The position numbers were made by a program, and so were the translations under genes. A stretch of 55,789 nt of DNA, counting the filler, from Bipalium vagum (Eukaryota): assembly GCA_037834085.1 (NCBI GenBank). It is 3 parts of 3 records of this genome, joined end to end, with 100 filler letters (N's around TTAATTAATTAA, not from the genome) between each part and the next. Parts side by side here need not be neighbours in the genome. Positions count along the whole stretch, not along the records: positions 1 to 16,011 come from JBBMKC010132603.1; 2 more parts are not named here. One strand, given 5' to 3'. Below, piece after piece: positions 1 through 14,029 of the stretch; within the stretch, counting starts at the first letter, position 1; every line of letters begins with the position of its first letter. A model generated the notes under the pieces. The model was not told where the DNA came from. It worked only from the letters and a program-made list of their open reading frames with translations, and ran no database searches.

Positions 1-72
<72 letters not shown>
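1..72. repeat. (TAA)n microsatellite
   Basis: Perfect TAA repeats at the window start. Confidence 0.98.
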
Positions 73-74
<2 letters not shown>

Positions 75-2679
75 TACACATCTGTTTGAATTCCGAAAAA
101 CGTTTTAAATAAATTTGATTGAAAAGTTATTTGAAAACTGAATAAATGTTATCCTTTACTGTACTTCTTTATGAATTGAATGCGAATTTTATGTAAAAAA
201 TAATATTGTTTAATTTGGTTGAAAGAATATTTAAATTTTTTACATTAAAACATTAGCTTTCAATTTTATTAACTAAAATGTATCTCATTTTTCTTGGATA
301 TACAAATTGTATGAAAACCGAGGATAGAAACTTGTTGTCAGTCAAGTTTGTAAGGAAAAAATATTTTTTATTTAATTGTATATATTCTTAGAAACTACAT
401 AAAAGTAGGTTTTGTTTAAATGCGTACCTGATGAAATATATTTTAAATTTATATATTAATCTAGACTTAAAATTGATCTTTTTCTCTTATTATAAGTAAG
501 GAAATTCCTCAGAATGAAAATCAAGCACCAAGAAATTGGTTTTGATGTACTTTTAAGACAAGTATTTTAAATTACCAAAAACCAAAAATCTAATTGACAT
601 AGGAAACCTTATAAACAAAGAATGTTTTCATTTTATATCCTAAAAACCGCTAATTATAATACCGCCCTTTTCATGAAGAATTCAGCTGAAACAATCTGTT
701 AAAGGAAATCATTTTGAGAACATAATATTGGGAAAGTTAAATTATTCTATTTACTTTATATGTTTAATAATATATTAATAATATTTTTTCCCATTTTATT
801 CTTCATTTACCTTTAACCTAAATTTTGATGCAATCGGTATATGAATTTTTTAATTATAAAAAAATAATTTATTGTGTATTTAAATTTATTTATTAAACAT
901 TCCATTTGTAATTTTTTTTCAGTATATATTGGCAATAATATAATTCGACGATTTAATTTAACAACGGTAATTTAATTATAAATAATAACTAATCTTTTTA
1001 AGCACAACAACAATTCTAATTATAAATATTTCGAATGGAAAATAATATTATTATTTCACATATGTATAATTGATCATCAATAAATATTATTATTATTGAT
1101 TAATAATAATAATATATATTTATCAGTTATATTTTGATTATTATTTATTTACCACATAACTATTGTCTGCTCTTCCCCTAAAAGTAAAGCTTTTGAAAGG
1201 AAGCTGTCATTAAATAGATATATTCAATAAAAAAATTATGGTCCAATACGATAGTATTTTTTAAAGCTAATATTTTTTTAAAAATTATTTAACTACATTA
1301 TATATAATAAAAATTTACTTAATTAACATAAAATTAAATTATGTCTGCCTTAGTCTAAAATTATTAAGTTTAAAATTGCAATTAAAGGAACTTTGATTAA
1401 AAATAAAATGACGATTTAAAAATAATATTTAATATTGGTTTTTAAAGGATTTTTTATACATAATATTTATATTTCACAATTTATTTCTGGGATTGCCATC
1501 AAAGTTCTGCTTAATTTCATAGACAAAATCATCTGTTCTCATCATGTCACAGGGTTTGTAATTTTCATTACGATTTCCTGTTTTTGAATGACCGGATCTC
1601 TTGGTGTACCTTATCTACAAATGACCAATCGACTTTTAAAAAACAGGAAATTTTTAAATTGGAATGATCAGCTTTCAAAGCTAATAGAACATCATGTCAC
1701 TCCAATTTTGGAGAGTTAATTTTCTGCCATTATTATTTATTTTATTAATTCAGTAAAACAAATTTCATGTGGATATATTTAAAAAATCATATAAAAAATT
1801 AACATAAAACCTTTTCATTTAACATATAGACCAATTTCGCATTACTTAAATTTCCGCAGTTTATATTTTGCTTATATAAATGTTTTTCTAAGAATATATT
1901 TTAAAAATGAAATTTATTATTTTAAACAAAAACGAATGAGATTGATTGTTTTATAAAAGTAAATTTTCAGGCAATTAAGAGGAGAATAGAATTAGAGAGA
2001 GTAATTTATCATTTCAGATCGTTCAGGTTAATTGATATAGAAGTCAGTACAAAATAATAATACTCGGTTTTAAATGAGTGAACCTCTATTCCCACAATTG
2101 TTTGAAATGACAAAGTCCAAGGTCATAGAATTGTTTTATTTATCTGGGAGAAATTTGATGAGGTAAATTACAAATTTAAAGCTTTAGTGAAATTTCTTTT
2201 AAAATTAATAAAAGTTTAATTATTAATTTTTTCATTTAAATACAAAACCCTGTTACATTGACCATAGTCACAATACCTTTAAATAGTAGTTACTTCTCAT
2301 GTAAACATTTGAATCTTCTGATCAAAAATTTTATAAAGTTGAAAATGCCCTCAAGGAATTTTAATTGAGAGAATTCAAAAAATTGTGTCTTTGGGTGAAA
2401 TTCTTTAAAATCTAATGAAAATAAATAGAAAATAGTCTATTGCTTTCAAGGTATTGAGAATAGAGACTTAGATATATATGGAAAGGCCTTGTTAAGCTTT
2501 CATCATAATATACATTGATAGAAATGACAGAAATCGAAAATGTTAGGAAGACTGCAAAGAACTAATATCATGATGAACATGTATTGTAAGAATAAAATTG
2601 AAAGTAAAATAAAATACGTTCTTCAGTCTTGGTCTCAGATCAAAATTACATAACAAATTTATTTGACAAAATTCAATAA

Positions 2680-3080
2680 CCAGGTTGGTTTCTTAGAAAT
2701 TTTTAAAACAGCAAGACTTACCAAACTTTCCAATAATAATGATAAGCTTTAACTTTTCAGATCCAGATGCATTTGGGTATAACACAACCTCCATTATTTC
2801 CAAATTCGTTCTCTTACCATTAACCGATTTCAAACATAAAACTTTGTTTGATTCAAGACGTTAAAAAAGACTTCATTGAAACTAAAGATATTTTCAGGTG
2901 AGAATTCCACTATTTAGTCTTGTGGGATTGGTAAATGGATCTGCATTTCTTTTTGATTTTCAGTAGCAAATTCTCCCGACATTGTCATTTGCTATAAATA
3001 TCCTCTGGTCATTTTGCAAAATTAGTTGATCTAATTCTTTCATGAATTGTAAGCGAATGCATTATGGGATCAACGGACAA
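2680..3080 (-). mobile_element. pogo/Tigger (CENP-B-like) transposase relic
   Basis: Minus-strand fragments MSGEFATEN, EFSPENIFSFNEVFF (cf. IFNxDETGLF) and PNASGSEKLKLIIIIGKFGKSCCFKN (cf. NASGxEKLKPLVIGKSxxPRCFK), in the correct order. Confidence 0.65.
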
Positions 3081-3199
3081 ATCGTTATTATATAAACAAT
3101 TTCTCTTTAGAATTAAAATTTAATTGAATTTTTAAAAAAGTATTTTTTTCAAAAATGTTATGATTTAAAACAAAACACTAAGAAATGTGAAGCTCCAAA

Positions 3200-3620
3200 A
3201 AAGTTCTAAATCATTTCCATATCAATCAAAAGGTCCTAAATTGGAAAATTGGAAAATTCTGAAATTAAAAAATGTGGTGATATCGATGGTGGTTTTATAG
3301 TTGAATGGTTGTATCTTAAAAGTTATACCATTTTAGATTTAAACCCACTTTTGCGACATTTTTAATATTTTATTCAACGATTTCAACACTCTAAACGTGT
3401 TGTAAAATTAAATGATTCCAGATCTAAATAACATGGGATATTGAATAAACATAAGAAGAAATATTATGTTCCCTCTGTATTTATTTACATATCTTAGACG
3501 GGATAATAGTAAACATATATAACAAGTGTCAGTTTATCTCATCTTTAGGCCTAAACCATAATTTCCCCGTTTTCGTAATTTGACACTGCTGAACCGTTCA
3601 ATGTTTACAATTTGTTTTGT
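3200..3620 (-). mobile_element. Highly decayed Tc1-like transposase relic
   Basis: Weak motif remnants (GGxxMVW-like, FILQH, PPSISP) in Tc1 order with many frameshifts. Confidence 0.35.
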
Positions 3621-4236
3621 CCAAGTCTTAGTCGACAAAATAAAAAAAATTTCCCAATAAAAACATTTTTGAACAGAAACAAAATTTAATGAGAATTTTA
3701 ATTATTTTTGATCTCATTGATAAAGTGTTAATTGGACATTTTAACTTAATTAAGTGCTCAGAAAATATTTTCAATTTCATCAAAATTTCCTTTATTTCAT
3801 TATTATTTTTTAATATTCTGATATTATTTCCATTAGAAGAAAAGAAATTAGTAGGATTAATAAAATATAATTATGATAAAGATAACAATGTAATTTATAT
3901 TGATTATATTACAATATTAATTTTTCCACTCAGAATTAATTAATTAATTAATATTATTTTCTAATTAATTTTTTTTCAATATCATTATTATCATATTACT
4001 ATCTCTTACCACGGACATCATGCGAGTTAATTTGAAATGAATATATGGCATAATTATCCTCTATCCTTTATTTTTTCCTAATTTCAATTACCTACAAATA
4101 AAAAAGGCATTTTTTATTTGATTTTCTTTTTAATTAATATGATACCTAATACCTGAAAATTTCCTGTATTAAATCTATTCTCAAATAATCAATTTCATTT
4201 TTTCCATAAATTTATGTGTATCGTATTAAATATTTT

Positions 4237-4699
4237 NNNNNNNNNNNNNNNNNNNNNNNNNNNNNNNNNNNNNNNNNNNNNNNNNNNNNNNNNNNNNNNN
4301 NNNNNNNNNNNNNNNNNNNNNNNNNNNNNNNNNNNNNNNNNNNNNNNNNNNNNNNNNNNNNNNNNNNNNNNNNNNNNNNNNNNNNNNNNNNNNNNNNNNN
4401 NNNNNNNNNNNNNNNNNNNNNNNNNNNNNNNNNNNNNNNNNNNNNNNNNNNNNNNNNNNNNNNNNNNNNNNNNNNNNNNNNNNNNNNNNNNNNNNNNNNN
4501 AATAATTAATAAAAATATATAAATAAATAATAAAAATATATAAATGAATAATANNNNNNNNNNNNNNNNNNNNNNNNNNNNNNNNNNNNNNNNNNNNNNN
4601 NNNNNNNNNNNNNNNNNNNNNNNNNNNNNNNNNNNNNNNNNNNNNNNNNNNNNNNNNNNNNNNNNNNNNNNNNNNNNNNNNNNNNNNNNNNNNNNNNNN
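4237..4699. other. Assembly gaps (N runs 4237-4500 and 4554-4699)
   Basis: Runs of N. Confidence 0.99.
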
Positions 4700-5589
4700 T
4701 TAATAATAAAATCTCTAAAATGCGTAGATATAATAAGTCAAATTCGCGACAAAATAATATTAATTGAAAACAGATTATTATCTGTAACAGGAAAAAAGAA
4801 ATAAAATTCAAATATTACTTCAAAATTGCTCAGATGTATCCTATAATTTTCTTTTTAATAAAAAATTAAGTGGAAAAAAGATTTAACATTTCTAGTTTTA
4901 AAGTAATAAGCAGTAATAAGTCTGTTAATTCCTGGACATTTTTGTTTCCCTTAAGTTTTACCATTAACCTTACAAACCGTATTACTACAATTTAACTGGT
5001 CGTTTTTGGAATAATATCAAATTAAAATATAAAGAAAGTTATTTTATTTATAATTTCAAATTGTTTATTTGAATATATTTGCATAAATATGATATATAAA
5101 GTCCTGAAATTATGTAATAATACAAGTACATTTGCAGATATAGTAATGTCTTCATTGTTCTATTATTAATCCGAAAACCAATGTAACAGTTGTGTTTCAT
5201 GATTACTTTTATAAAATTAAGCAGTTATTATGTTTCCCAAACAAAAGTAACATTGTAAAATAAAACCTGAAAAACTAATGTCAATCAATATTTTTTATTT
5301 AAACTTTTATAAATTAAGAACCATCTTTGTCATCATAAAAATAATATATTGAAGTTAAATAAATGAAAAAGTATTTTTATTACTTACACAGCCCCCTCTT
5401 GAAAACATTAGGCTCGAATTGTAGGAGAATATACATGTTTTGAATTCTGGACTTTATTTCTGTTAGGAATATGATCAAAAAGATTGTCCCAAAATAACTT
5501 AAATTTACTAAATGTGATGGGACGGATGGTACTTGATTGGCTTTTAAAGTTTGTAATTTAGTTATAAAAATTAAACTAAAAAAAGCAAA

Positions 5590-6110
5590 ACGCTTTATTG
5601 TTTCTCAAAATATTTTCCACCAAGATTAATACATTTTACACGCGTTCAAACCAACCGTTACTCCACTCATCACCTGTGACATCCGAAATTTCCGAAATTT
5701 GAAAGCATCTACTACCTCTGGTGACTGAAGCCATTGACCACGAAATTTATTCTTAATCGTAGAAAACGTAAAGGTGTTGGGACTCAGATCGGGACTGTAC
5801 GGAGGTTGATCCAATAACTGGATGTTTGAAAAGCTAAAAATCCAGTGGTTGTTCGATACCATATAGTAATATTCTGGTGAAAGATAATTTTAAGTCTTCT
5901 GTTTGTTTTTCGGATTACGGAAAATAATAGTAGCAAATAAATGGTTGTATATCCCTGCTCAGTCACCGTTTATTGATTTTGCAAAGCGTTTATAGTGACG
6001 ACTTGAATATGTGACAAACATTGCCTCATCTACTTTGACACAATATGGGAAAAGATAACTTTGTTGGATTCTCATTATTTTGATATAACAAAAAAACAAC
6101 CATTTCTGCT
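5590..6110 (-). mobile_element. mariner transposase relic (C-terminal half)
   Basis: YTTI..., IRKTNRRLKIIFHQNI (cf. ILHHDNA), QLLDQPPYSPDLSPN.F.FSTIKNKFRGQ. Confidence 0.85.
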
Positions 6111-7514
6111 TGGGTTAAAATATATAATATAAAATTTTATTAATACAATTATTAATATGAGTACAACTCATGGTTTCATAAATTATCCTGGAATTGTAAT
6201 GAAAAAAAATATTATTTTTATTGATTTATTATTTTATTTCCGAACATAGAAACTATTGATAGGATGACGTATAATTATATATTGGTTCATTTATTTAATC
6301 TTGACTACATTAAGCGAAGGTAAAATTAATTGTTGTCGTAAGATCTGGCGAAAAAATATTCAAAAAAATACTGTAAAAAGTATTATTATCTAATTTATTA
6401 TTTGATAATGATAATTACTACTACTACTAATAATAATAATAACACTAATAATAATAATAAAAAATAATAATAAGAAAATAATATCTTATTTTGATTTTAA
6501 CACTTTAATATTATCTTCAATAACGGGTTTTTTCTTTGAAAAGTTTATTTTTTCCTTTTTCACTTGCAAGTATGAATTTATAATTTTATTATTATATATA
6601 AAATTAATAACTTTTTATATAAAATATAAAAATTAATTTTAATTAGAAATCCACGTCATGTTAACAACAACTTTTGTTTAGCTTTAAAATTATTTTAAAA
6701 CAATTATTTTTTTTCGAAAATAAAGAAAATTTATTAAATATTTTATGACAAAAATTTATACATAAAATGGCATTAAAGTAAATTATTATGGCTCATTATA
6801 TCTCCTGAGATTTCACGAGATTTTTATGAAATTTTATATTCCTTCTTGATATTGATTAATTATGAGATTTATTCGAAAATAAAATAAAATGTGATATTTT
6901 TATACCTGAAATTATAATAATAAACCAAAACGTATATCCGTCCTAAATTTATTACTGCCCTAGAATTAATTATAGCATTTAAAACAAAGTACATATCACA
7001 TATGACATGTGTGAGAGGACCATTGAAACACTCCATAAAAGTACTTGAACCGATCTGGGCCTAAATGCACTTTTGAAAAAATCTAATCAAAATTCTGAAA
7101 AGTTGAGAACGATTTTCTTAAACTCATTATATAAATCAAAGCATTAAATGAATTTATGACAATTACGGAAATTGTCATATTAAATAGTACATTGAAATTC
7201 CAAAAATAAAATTGTTATTTTCTGCAGAAAGCAATGGAAGATATGTTGCCTAATTGTCCAGAGTTGTCAGGAATATCTAATTATGTCATTTAACAATTAG
7301 GAACATAGGGAGGCCGTTATTATTTTCCTCAGCCACCATGGACCAATATCTCATATGTGGTGCCAATACAATTTATTGAAAGCTATTAAGGAATTTTCCA
7401 TTTAAAATCACAAATTTCCCACCACGGGGCGATGCACTACTGCAAGAGATAAATTCCTCCGAGGAGATTCTGTGCCTTTTCAGAGTCAGAATCACATATT
7501 AATTTATTTTCTAG

Positions 7515-7710
7515 TTGTAATCATTATCATTGTCGCTGATGGATTCGTTGAATTGACTGTGTAAATCAACGTAAGAATGCGGCTTTGTGAACCGAGTTTC
7601 TGTTTTACCACAACAAGAATAATCATATGAAGAAGTATCATTAAGACAAATCAAAATTGTCAAAAAACCGGAAATGTTTGTAAAATGAATTCAGGGTCAT
7701 AAAATTCTTA
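7515..7710 (-). mobile_element. Probable maT/DD37D-like transposase C-terminal relic
   Basis: YDYSCCGKTETRFTKPHSYVDL resembles LDYxVWGxxExxxxxKPHxxVDxL of DD37D-type transposases. Confidence 0.4.
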
Positions 7711-7769
7711 TTACATTATTATGAATAATTAAAATTATCTTTTATAATTAGTTTAATGTACGAGTTTGT

Positions 7770-8234
7770 GATTTTATTTTCCGTTCTATTTGTCCGAATT
7801 GTCAAACGTGGATCTTCTTTAACGGCAATTCTCAGCTTTCCCAATCAATCTTGACTGGTCTTCCAGAACTCGCCAATCTTGAAGGTCAAAATTTCCGAGC
7901 GAAATCTGGAAAACCACGTTTGACATTGCCGTAGAATTATTGCCTGTCTCTATATACCGCACATAATTTACTTCAGGCATTTGTGGAATTACTTCCTTTA
8001 AGGAAATAAAACATTGAAATATGCCGAATATGTAACTGTTCAACTTTCATTTCAAATTTCCCACCTCAAAAATTTATTTCATATATTTAAACAATTTTAC
8101 CAACAAATTAGACTTGACATATGGATTAATGTAATCGATATTTAAAATTTTTCTTCATAACTTGTTTTGATACTTTAAATGATGTCTAAAGCTTCAAGTC
8201 TAAAAATAACGTAGTAGCTTTCCGAACAACCTAA
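7770..8234 (-). mobile_element. mariner 5' half with terminal inverted repeat
   Basis: TIR TA|TTAGGTTGTTCGGAAAG at 8234 on the minus strand; frameshifted HIRHISMFYFLKGSNSTNA*SKLCAVY, LRQCQTWFSRFRS-GNFDLQD..SGRPVKID, LRIAVKEDPRLTIR (mariner HTH region). Confidence 0.85.
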
Positions 8235-9500
8235 TACATAATTAAATTTAATTCTAATTTAAACGTAAATAATATCAGAAGCGTATCAAATCATAATTTG
8301 AGTACAAATAATTTTAATGAGAAATAATTAACAGATTAAAATTAAATTAAAAATTGTTAAAACAATTATTAGGTCTATCTGAGTAAATTGAAATTATAAA
8401 TGAATGACCGATTATTAACAGGAACTGTTCTGCATAGACATTCAAAATGCTCTGAAGATATCGGAGGACAAAACAAACTCTAAATTTATAGTCCTTATAC
8501 TAAATAAAATGATATATTTGTAAAATTAAAATTAAAATTAAAAAAAAATTATTATTATAATTAAAAATAATAAAAATAATAATTAATAATAACGCCTCAA
8601 ATATTTTTTATTTAATTTAAAGAAAAGTTTAATAAGAAAGGTTCAGGAAAATATTTACCATTAATTATCAGATTAATAATTAAATTTTATTTTCAAAATT
8701 TATCACAGCATGTCGGGGATAATGCCGAAAAAATATATTTCTTAAATGGACTTGAAAAACAAAAAGATAAGTCATTTATCAATTTTTTCTGTCAAATTAA
8801 TTATTATGAATTTATGGAAAATTATCAACTGGAAAACAGGAAATGCAATTCAGATAAGTTTGTTACTAATGATTTTATTAGTTAAATTTCAATGATATTG
8901 TGTCCTTATTTAAGGGAAATATTTTTATTTTTTATATATTTTATTTTCAATTTTATATAAATTTAATAAATAATATAATTATAATAATATAAATTGTTAT
9001 AGTAAATTCTAATATTCGAATTGGTCAAAAATTCGAATGATTAAAACAAATCTTTTCATACTAATTTTATAAATTATTAAAAAAATTTTATTTTAATGAA
9101 TAAATAAATAATTTTATTATTTGCCATAATTGAAGTGAATTAAATTGTTTCAAAAATTTAAATCAGTCAGGAAAAGACATCTAAATAAAAAGATGAAAAT
9201 TTTTCTCTATTTTGACAATAAATATCATGCTTAAGTGGGAAAAAACAATGAAAGATTCATTGACGGATAAATAGATAGCTGAAAAGTACGGTCAAATTTG
9301 GTTTTCAATTTCTTGTGGAATGCTAAGAGGATACTTTAATTTTATAATCTCACTTGAAAAGTACCTAATTACCTAAAGTGAATCTTTATTCATAAGTGAT
9401 CAAGTTTACATAAGGAGAACTAAAAATAAATAATAATATTTATATTACACTTGAAAATTAGTTAGTCATAACGCTTATCATAACATTAGGTTTTAATATA

Positions 9501-10320
9501 TTAGGTGTATGCATTGAAAGTGAGCATTTATTTTAAAATATTGTTTCTTTATTTAATAACTGATGAAAATATAAAGTAAACATAAAACGAAAAAGATAAT
9601 TTATTCTAAATATTTTCCTCGATAAAAGAAATCGACATCTTTGGTAGCAGTCCAATCAGCATTCCGGTGAATAAGCCTCATGGGGTAGGACTTTCCATCG
9701 AAGCAACTCTAACGTTTCTTGGAGTTTTTGTTGAATTGTGGTCGAGTGTTGTCATTCAAGAAAATTACTTTATGCTGTCTTTTCTCATAATTCGGTTTAG
9801 ATGCTTTTCTCATAGATGTTCCTCTTTGGTGCTGCTTTGAAGGGCTGTTCGGATTGCATATTGTTTTACTGCATTTAGGGTTTTCGAATGAAATACAATT
9901 TTCTTCACACGTAATAATAAGGTGCGGGAATATTTTCCTTTTTTGTCGAGAAAGCAAAATTTCACTTGTGACTTTATGTCTTTCCATGTCTTTCATCTTT
10001 AACTCTTGAGGGACCTATCTTCCTACTATGTATACCTTTCCTGTGGCTTTTAGACTTCGGGTAATTGAAGATTGAGAAGCATTTTATGATTTAGCAAGAT
10101 CATTTTGAGTTTTGCACGAATCCACAGCTACCAATGCTTTCAGGTTTTGATCTTCAATAAAACACTTTCGTTTGTTCTGAGCTCTCATTATCTTCCACCA
10201 TAAATTCACCATTTCGACTTTTGATAGAGCATTGTCCCCGTAAGCCTTAACAAGAATTCTGTGAGTTTCTGTTGCAATTTTATAATAAAAAAATGAAAAA
10301 ACATCACTAAAACTTTATCG
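9501..10320 (-). mobile_element. mariner relic, Mos1/mauritiana-like
   Basis: TIR-like TTAGGTGTATGCATTGAAAGTG at 9501; ATETHRILVKAYGDNALS, VPQELKMKDMERHKVTSEILLSRQKRKIFPHLIITCEENCISFENPK, YEKRQHKVIFLNDNTRP. Confidence 0.85.
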
Positions 10321-10329
10321 AAGCCTTTA

Positions 10330-11130
10330 CTCGAGAAATCGTTAGAGCTAATAAAGAAATTGGTTAACCACTTTTTAAAGTTCTTCTTATCACAAGTAAT
10401 ACCTTAAATTTGGTTAAAAAACGAATGAAGAAAAAGAAATTTGTTGAATCAGAAACGGGAAAATAACGAGGATGCTGAAGAACCTCTCACCCGAGCTCTT
10501 TGAGCTTTTTTTTCAAGATATTTGCTTTGTGCGGCTTTGTGTTATCACGGAAAAGGTTGACTCAATTGATTCATGCATATGTGGTTGTTGACTGTTTGGT
10601 TTTTCGCATCATTTCACAGAGTATGAGATTGGTCCAATTCTACCAAACAGAGATAAAGATTTTCTTCTTTAAAAATTCTTTAATTCTAGAAGTTGATTGC
10701 AAGCAGGACCCAATCACGTTTTCATCTGACTCACGTTTGCAAAGAAATATAATTTCTCATCTCGATGAAATGATGAAAAAACCGTTCATTGTTGTCACTG
10801 CTTACTAGGTATCTGGATTTTGAGATGCAACGTTTAAACTACTGCTTTTAGATTTTTTGCTTAGCCGATGTGGAACACAAACAAAAATCTTGAATTTTTG
10901 TTTATCCTCTGAAACAAATTTATGCATGTTTGACAGTCGTTCTCTTTCGCGAGTACGATCAATTGGTCATCATCAAAATTAGAATATCGAAGAGTATGTA
11001 GTGTCTTAAAGATTGGATGTGTCATTTTTTTTACCGGACCACTTCCCAATTTTCTAAGATCAATTAAAATTAGACAACAGTAGGTTGCGAAAATGGTACT
11101 TTTGATCAACTTGGTACTATATAAAAATGG
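10330..11130 (-). mobile_element. mariner transposase relic
   Basis: VDQKYHFRNLLL, SNFDDDQL, VPHRLS, DEK, KKIFISVW*NW, RDNTKPHKANILKKKLKELG*EVLQHPRYFP, in order. Confidence 0.85.
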
Positions 11131-11676
11131 AACAAAAAAAAATCATTTTAAAAGCTTTACTCTTTTTTTTGTAAACCATAAAAAGATCTTTCAAATAAAC
11201 TTATTTGGTATTAAATAAATATGATACTGTAAAACAAAATAATAAAATCACAAAATTATGTTAGCCTAAAAGTTATGAATACTTAATTAAATTATATAGG
11301 AGCTAATTTAAAGATATTTAATTTCTATTATTAAATTTTAGGATCATTATAATATAATCTTATTTATGAAATATAATTTAATTTGGTCTCAAAATATTTT
11401 TCTGAATTAATTAAATTATTTTAGAAATAAGAATTTCGTAAATTTGATATTTTTTTATTCATTATTTTTTTTTATTTGACAATATAATTAAAAATATTTT
11501 TTCTAAAAATTAAATAAAGTTTTATGAAGTTAGAAATATTTTTATTTATTTAATATAATTTACATTAGTTAATTAATTCAAACTATTATTAATATAGTAA
11601 ATACATATATATATATATATATAGATATATATACCAATTTTTTGAAATATAAACTTGGATAAATTATCTATAATAA

Positions 11677-12688
11677 TAGGGTACCCATAAGTAATCTCGT
11701 TTTTATCAAATGATGTAAAAATTTTCATATTTTTATAAACAAAAAACATTTAATCAAAAAAGTAATCACCTTAAAGTTCTATGACTTTCCGCCATCTTAA
11801 AAGAAATGGGATTTCGGAGTTAGAGTAATTAAGCAAGGTATTTTTCACATTCTCATCAGACTTTCAAATTTTTCCATTTAGAAATTGTTGTATTGATCTG
11901 AAGAAGTGAGAATCAGACGGATTAAGATCAATTGAGTTTACGAGATGAGTGAAAATCTCAAATCCAAGGTCTTTAATTTTTTCTGAAGTTATCCTTGCAA
12001 CGTAAGGTCTGGCATTGTCATGATGAAGGATACGATTTTTTCTATTAAGAAGAACTGGATATCTGTAAGGCTGATCACAATATTATTGTGTATTAATGAT
12101 TTCTCTGACTTTAAGAATTTCAAACTGAGCAATGTTCCACTATGTGTAACACTATGAATGTTCCACCAATCACTTAAGAATTTTTTTATCCATGGATATT
12201 TGACTTACAAATTTTTCTCCTATGGAAAGTCATTGTTTTCTCATAAACGTGTTGTTATGTATAATCTATTTCTCATCCAAAGTTATGAAGCAGTGAAAAA
12301 AAATTTTTTTTAATGGCTGTATAAGTACTTGCTATATATTTACGATTTGTTCCAGTTACTGAGATAAACCATCGTTGATAATTATGAATGTCTAAAAAAT
12401 CCGGATAAATTTCATTGATATTTGCAGTTGATTTCCTTGGGTTATGATCACAATTATACTGGAACAGCATATAATATCTAATGTAGTCTTCAGTTTAACA
12501 TTTTTATTTGCTTTTTCTCAATATTTTTCAAAATTTTAAATGCCGCTAAATATTGGATCAATGATGCATAGATTTATCAGATAACTAAAACAAATACTTA
12601 TTACTACTAATAATAATATATAACTCTAGTAGATCTACCTAAATTTGCATCTTCTGACAAACATGCATTAGTTACGGGTTGCCTTGAT
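11677..12688 (-). mobile_element. Near full-length decayed mariner (cecropia-like)
   Basis: MLFQYNCDHNPRKSTANINEIYP...QRWF; ILHHDNARPYVARITSEKIKDLGFEIFTH; LNPSDSHFFRSIQQFLNGK; degenerate TIRs near 11677 and 12688. Confidence 0.85.
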
Positions 12689-12999
12689 ATAAGGGTTGTT
12701 ATTAAATATTATCTAAATTTAAAATAAATTATTTTTGTAGCAAAATTTTAATATTATCGTTTTAAACATGGTATAGTGAATATTTTGATTATTTTCCATA
12801 TTTTCCATATTATTTGACGCTTATTCTACATATGAACAATAGCTAATTTATGTGAATATTGACAATATTATTTTCCCCTTTCCCTCATAGTCAGACGGTT
12901 GTGCTAAATAAAATATTTAAAACTCCCCATAAATTTGATTGATTCATTGTCATAGTCCGGAAAACATAATCAAGAAATTATAACAATTAATATTTATTT

Positions 13000-13900
13000 A
13001 TATTATAAAACGAATTCATATTTCTTCGTCTATGAATACTACGGATACATTAATCCTTTCGTATTTGTATATTAATTAGACCTTTTTATAGTTCGAAACT
13101 TTTCCTTTATGTAAGAATGGTAAAGAATATCGTAAAACAGTTTTTTTCACCACTGTCTTTTTATTAAAATTAGATTTGAAAACTTTATTTATTTATTTTG
13201 AAATTTTTTTATTTTTTTAAATATAATATTGTAATTATATTTGATTAAGGGTCCTTATAAAATTTTTTTTCCATTTATAAATTTTGATTTTATTTCTAAA
13301 TTTTTAAAATAATATTTGTTTAGGTCAAATAATATTTTTTTCGACTATTAATATTTATTATTTTTTATATTTATATAAAAGAGAAATCTAATACAATTTA
13401 AGTATTAATATGTGTTAAAAAATCGAAATTCACAAAAAAAGTTTAAAAAAGAATAAAATAATAAAATAACAGACGAGAGTCGTTAAAAGTTTAGAAATGG
13501 AAGTAATTTCTTTAAGAGATCTGTTTTACAAAAGGTAGTAAAAACAAAAAATAATAATGCCTTACAATTTCTTAGTGATCAATTTGTAATTTTACCTGGG
13601 GAAATATATTTCCCATTAAAATTTTGAATGCCTTCAGTTAGCACATGGTTTAGGTGTAACAAAGCTCTGTAGATATTGATGAAAAACAGGGTGACAAATA
13701 TTCGGTTTTTATTAAGTTTTTTATTATTATTTTCTTTTCATCTAAAGTCAATATATTTATGAATCTTATATTTATACCAGCGTGTGTAGAACTTTTTCTT
13801 AACGTCAAATAATTAATAATTAATAATAATATTATTATTATTAGTATTATTATTTCGATTTTAATATATATCAAATATCTGATTATTTTTAAAATATTTT
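13000..13900 (-). mobile_element. Penelope-like retroelement relic (RT thumb to GIY-YIG region)
   Basis: RKSSTHAGINIRF (cf. YRKPTHTGxYL), EKKIIIKNL, LMGNIFP (cf. LxxNGYP), LLPFVKQIS (cf. LPYxxxISE), LIYKYE (cf. VVYKxxC), in Penelope order. Confidence 0.55.
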
Positions 13901-14029
13901 CTCATTATTTGAAAAGAACCTTTCTTAATAAAATTTAGATCTAGCTTCATCTTCAAATATTTCTAATCTAATCTTTTAAGTATGGTAGACTAGACAGTGT
14001 AGAAAAGGAGAGGAGAATTTGTTTTAATT

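Noticed and set aside
1-72. (TAA)n at the window edge as a telomere
   Set aside because: Not a known telomeric unit; the same microsatellite recurs internally and at contig breaks.
530-2160. Faint transposase-like scraps (KGNHFENII near 700-730; PRSGHSKTG near 1600 on the minus strand; MTKSKVIELF near 2110)
   Set aside because: Too short and decayed to call as features with confidence.
4214-4811. Four ORFs in the ORF track
   Set aside because: They consist almost entirely of N-gap codons.
7515-7710. Possible terminal host exon (FYDPEF...DNDNDYN*)
   Set aside because: Better explained as a DD37D-type transposase C-terminus; no partner exons found.
7790-7910. Minus-strand frame with an in-frame TGA (possible selenocysteine or readthrough)
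   Set aside because: It is a frameshifted mariner N-terminal relic.
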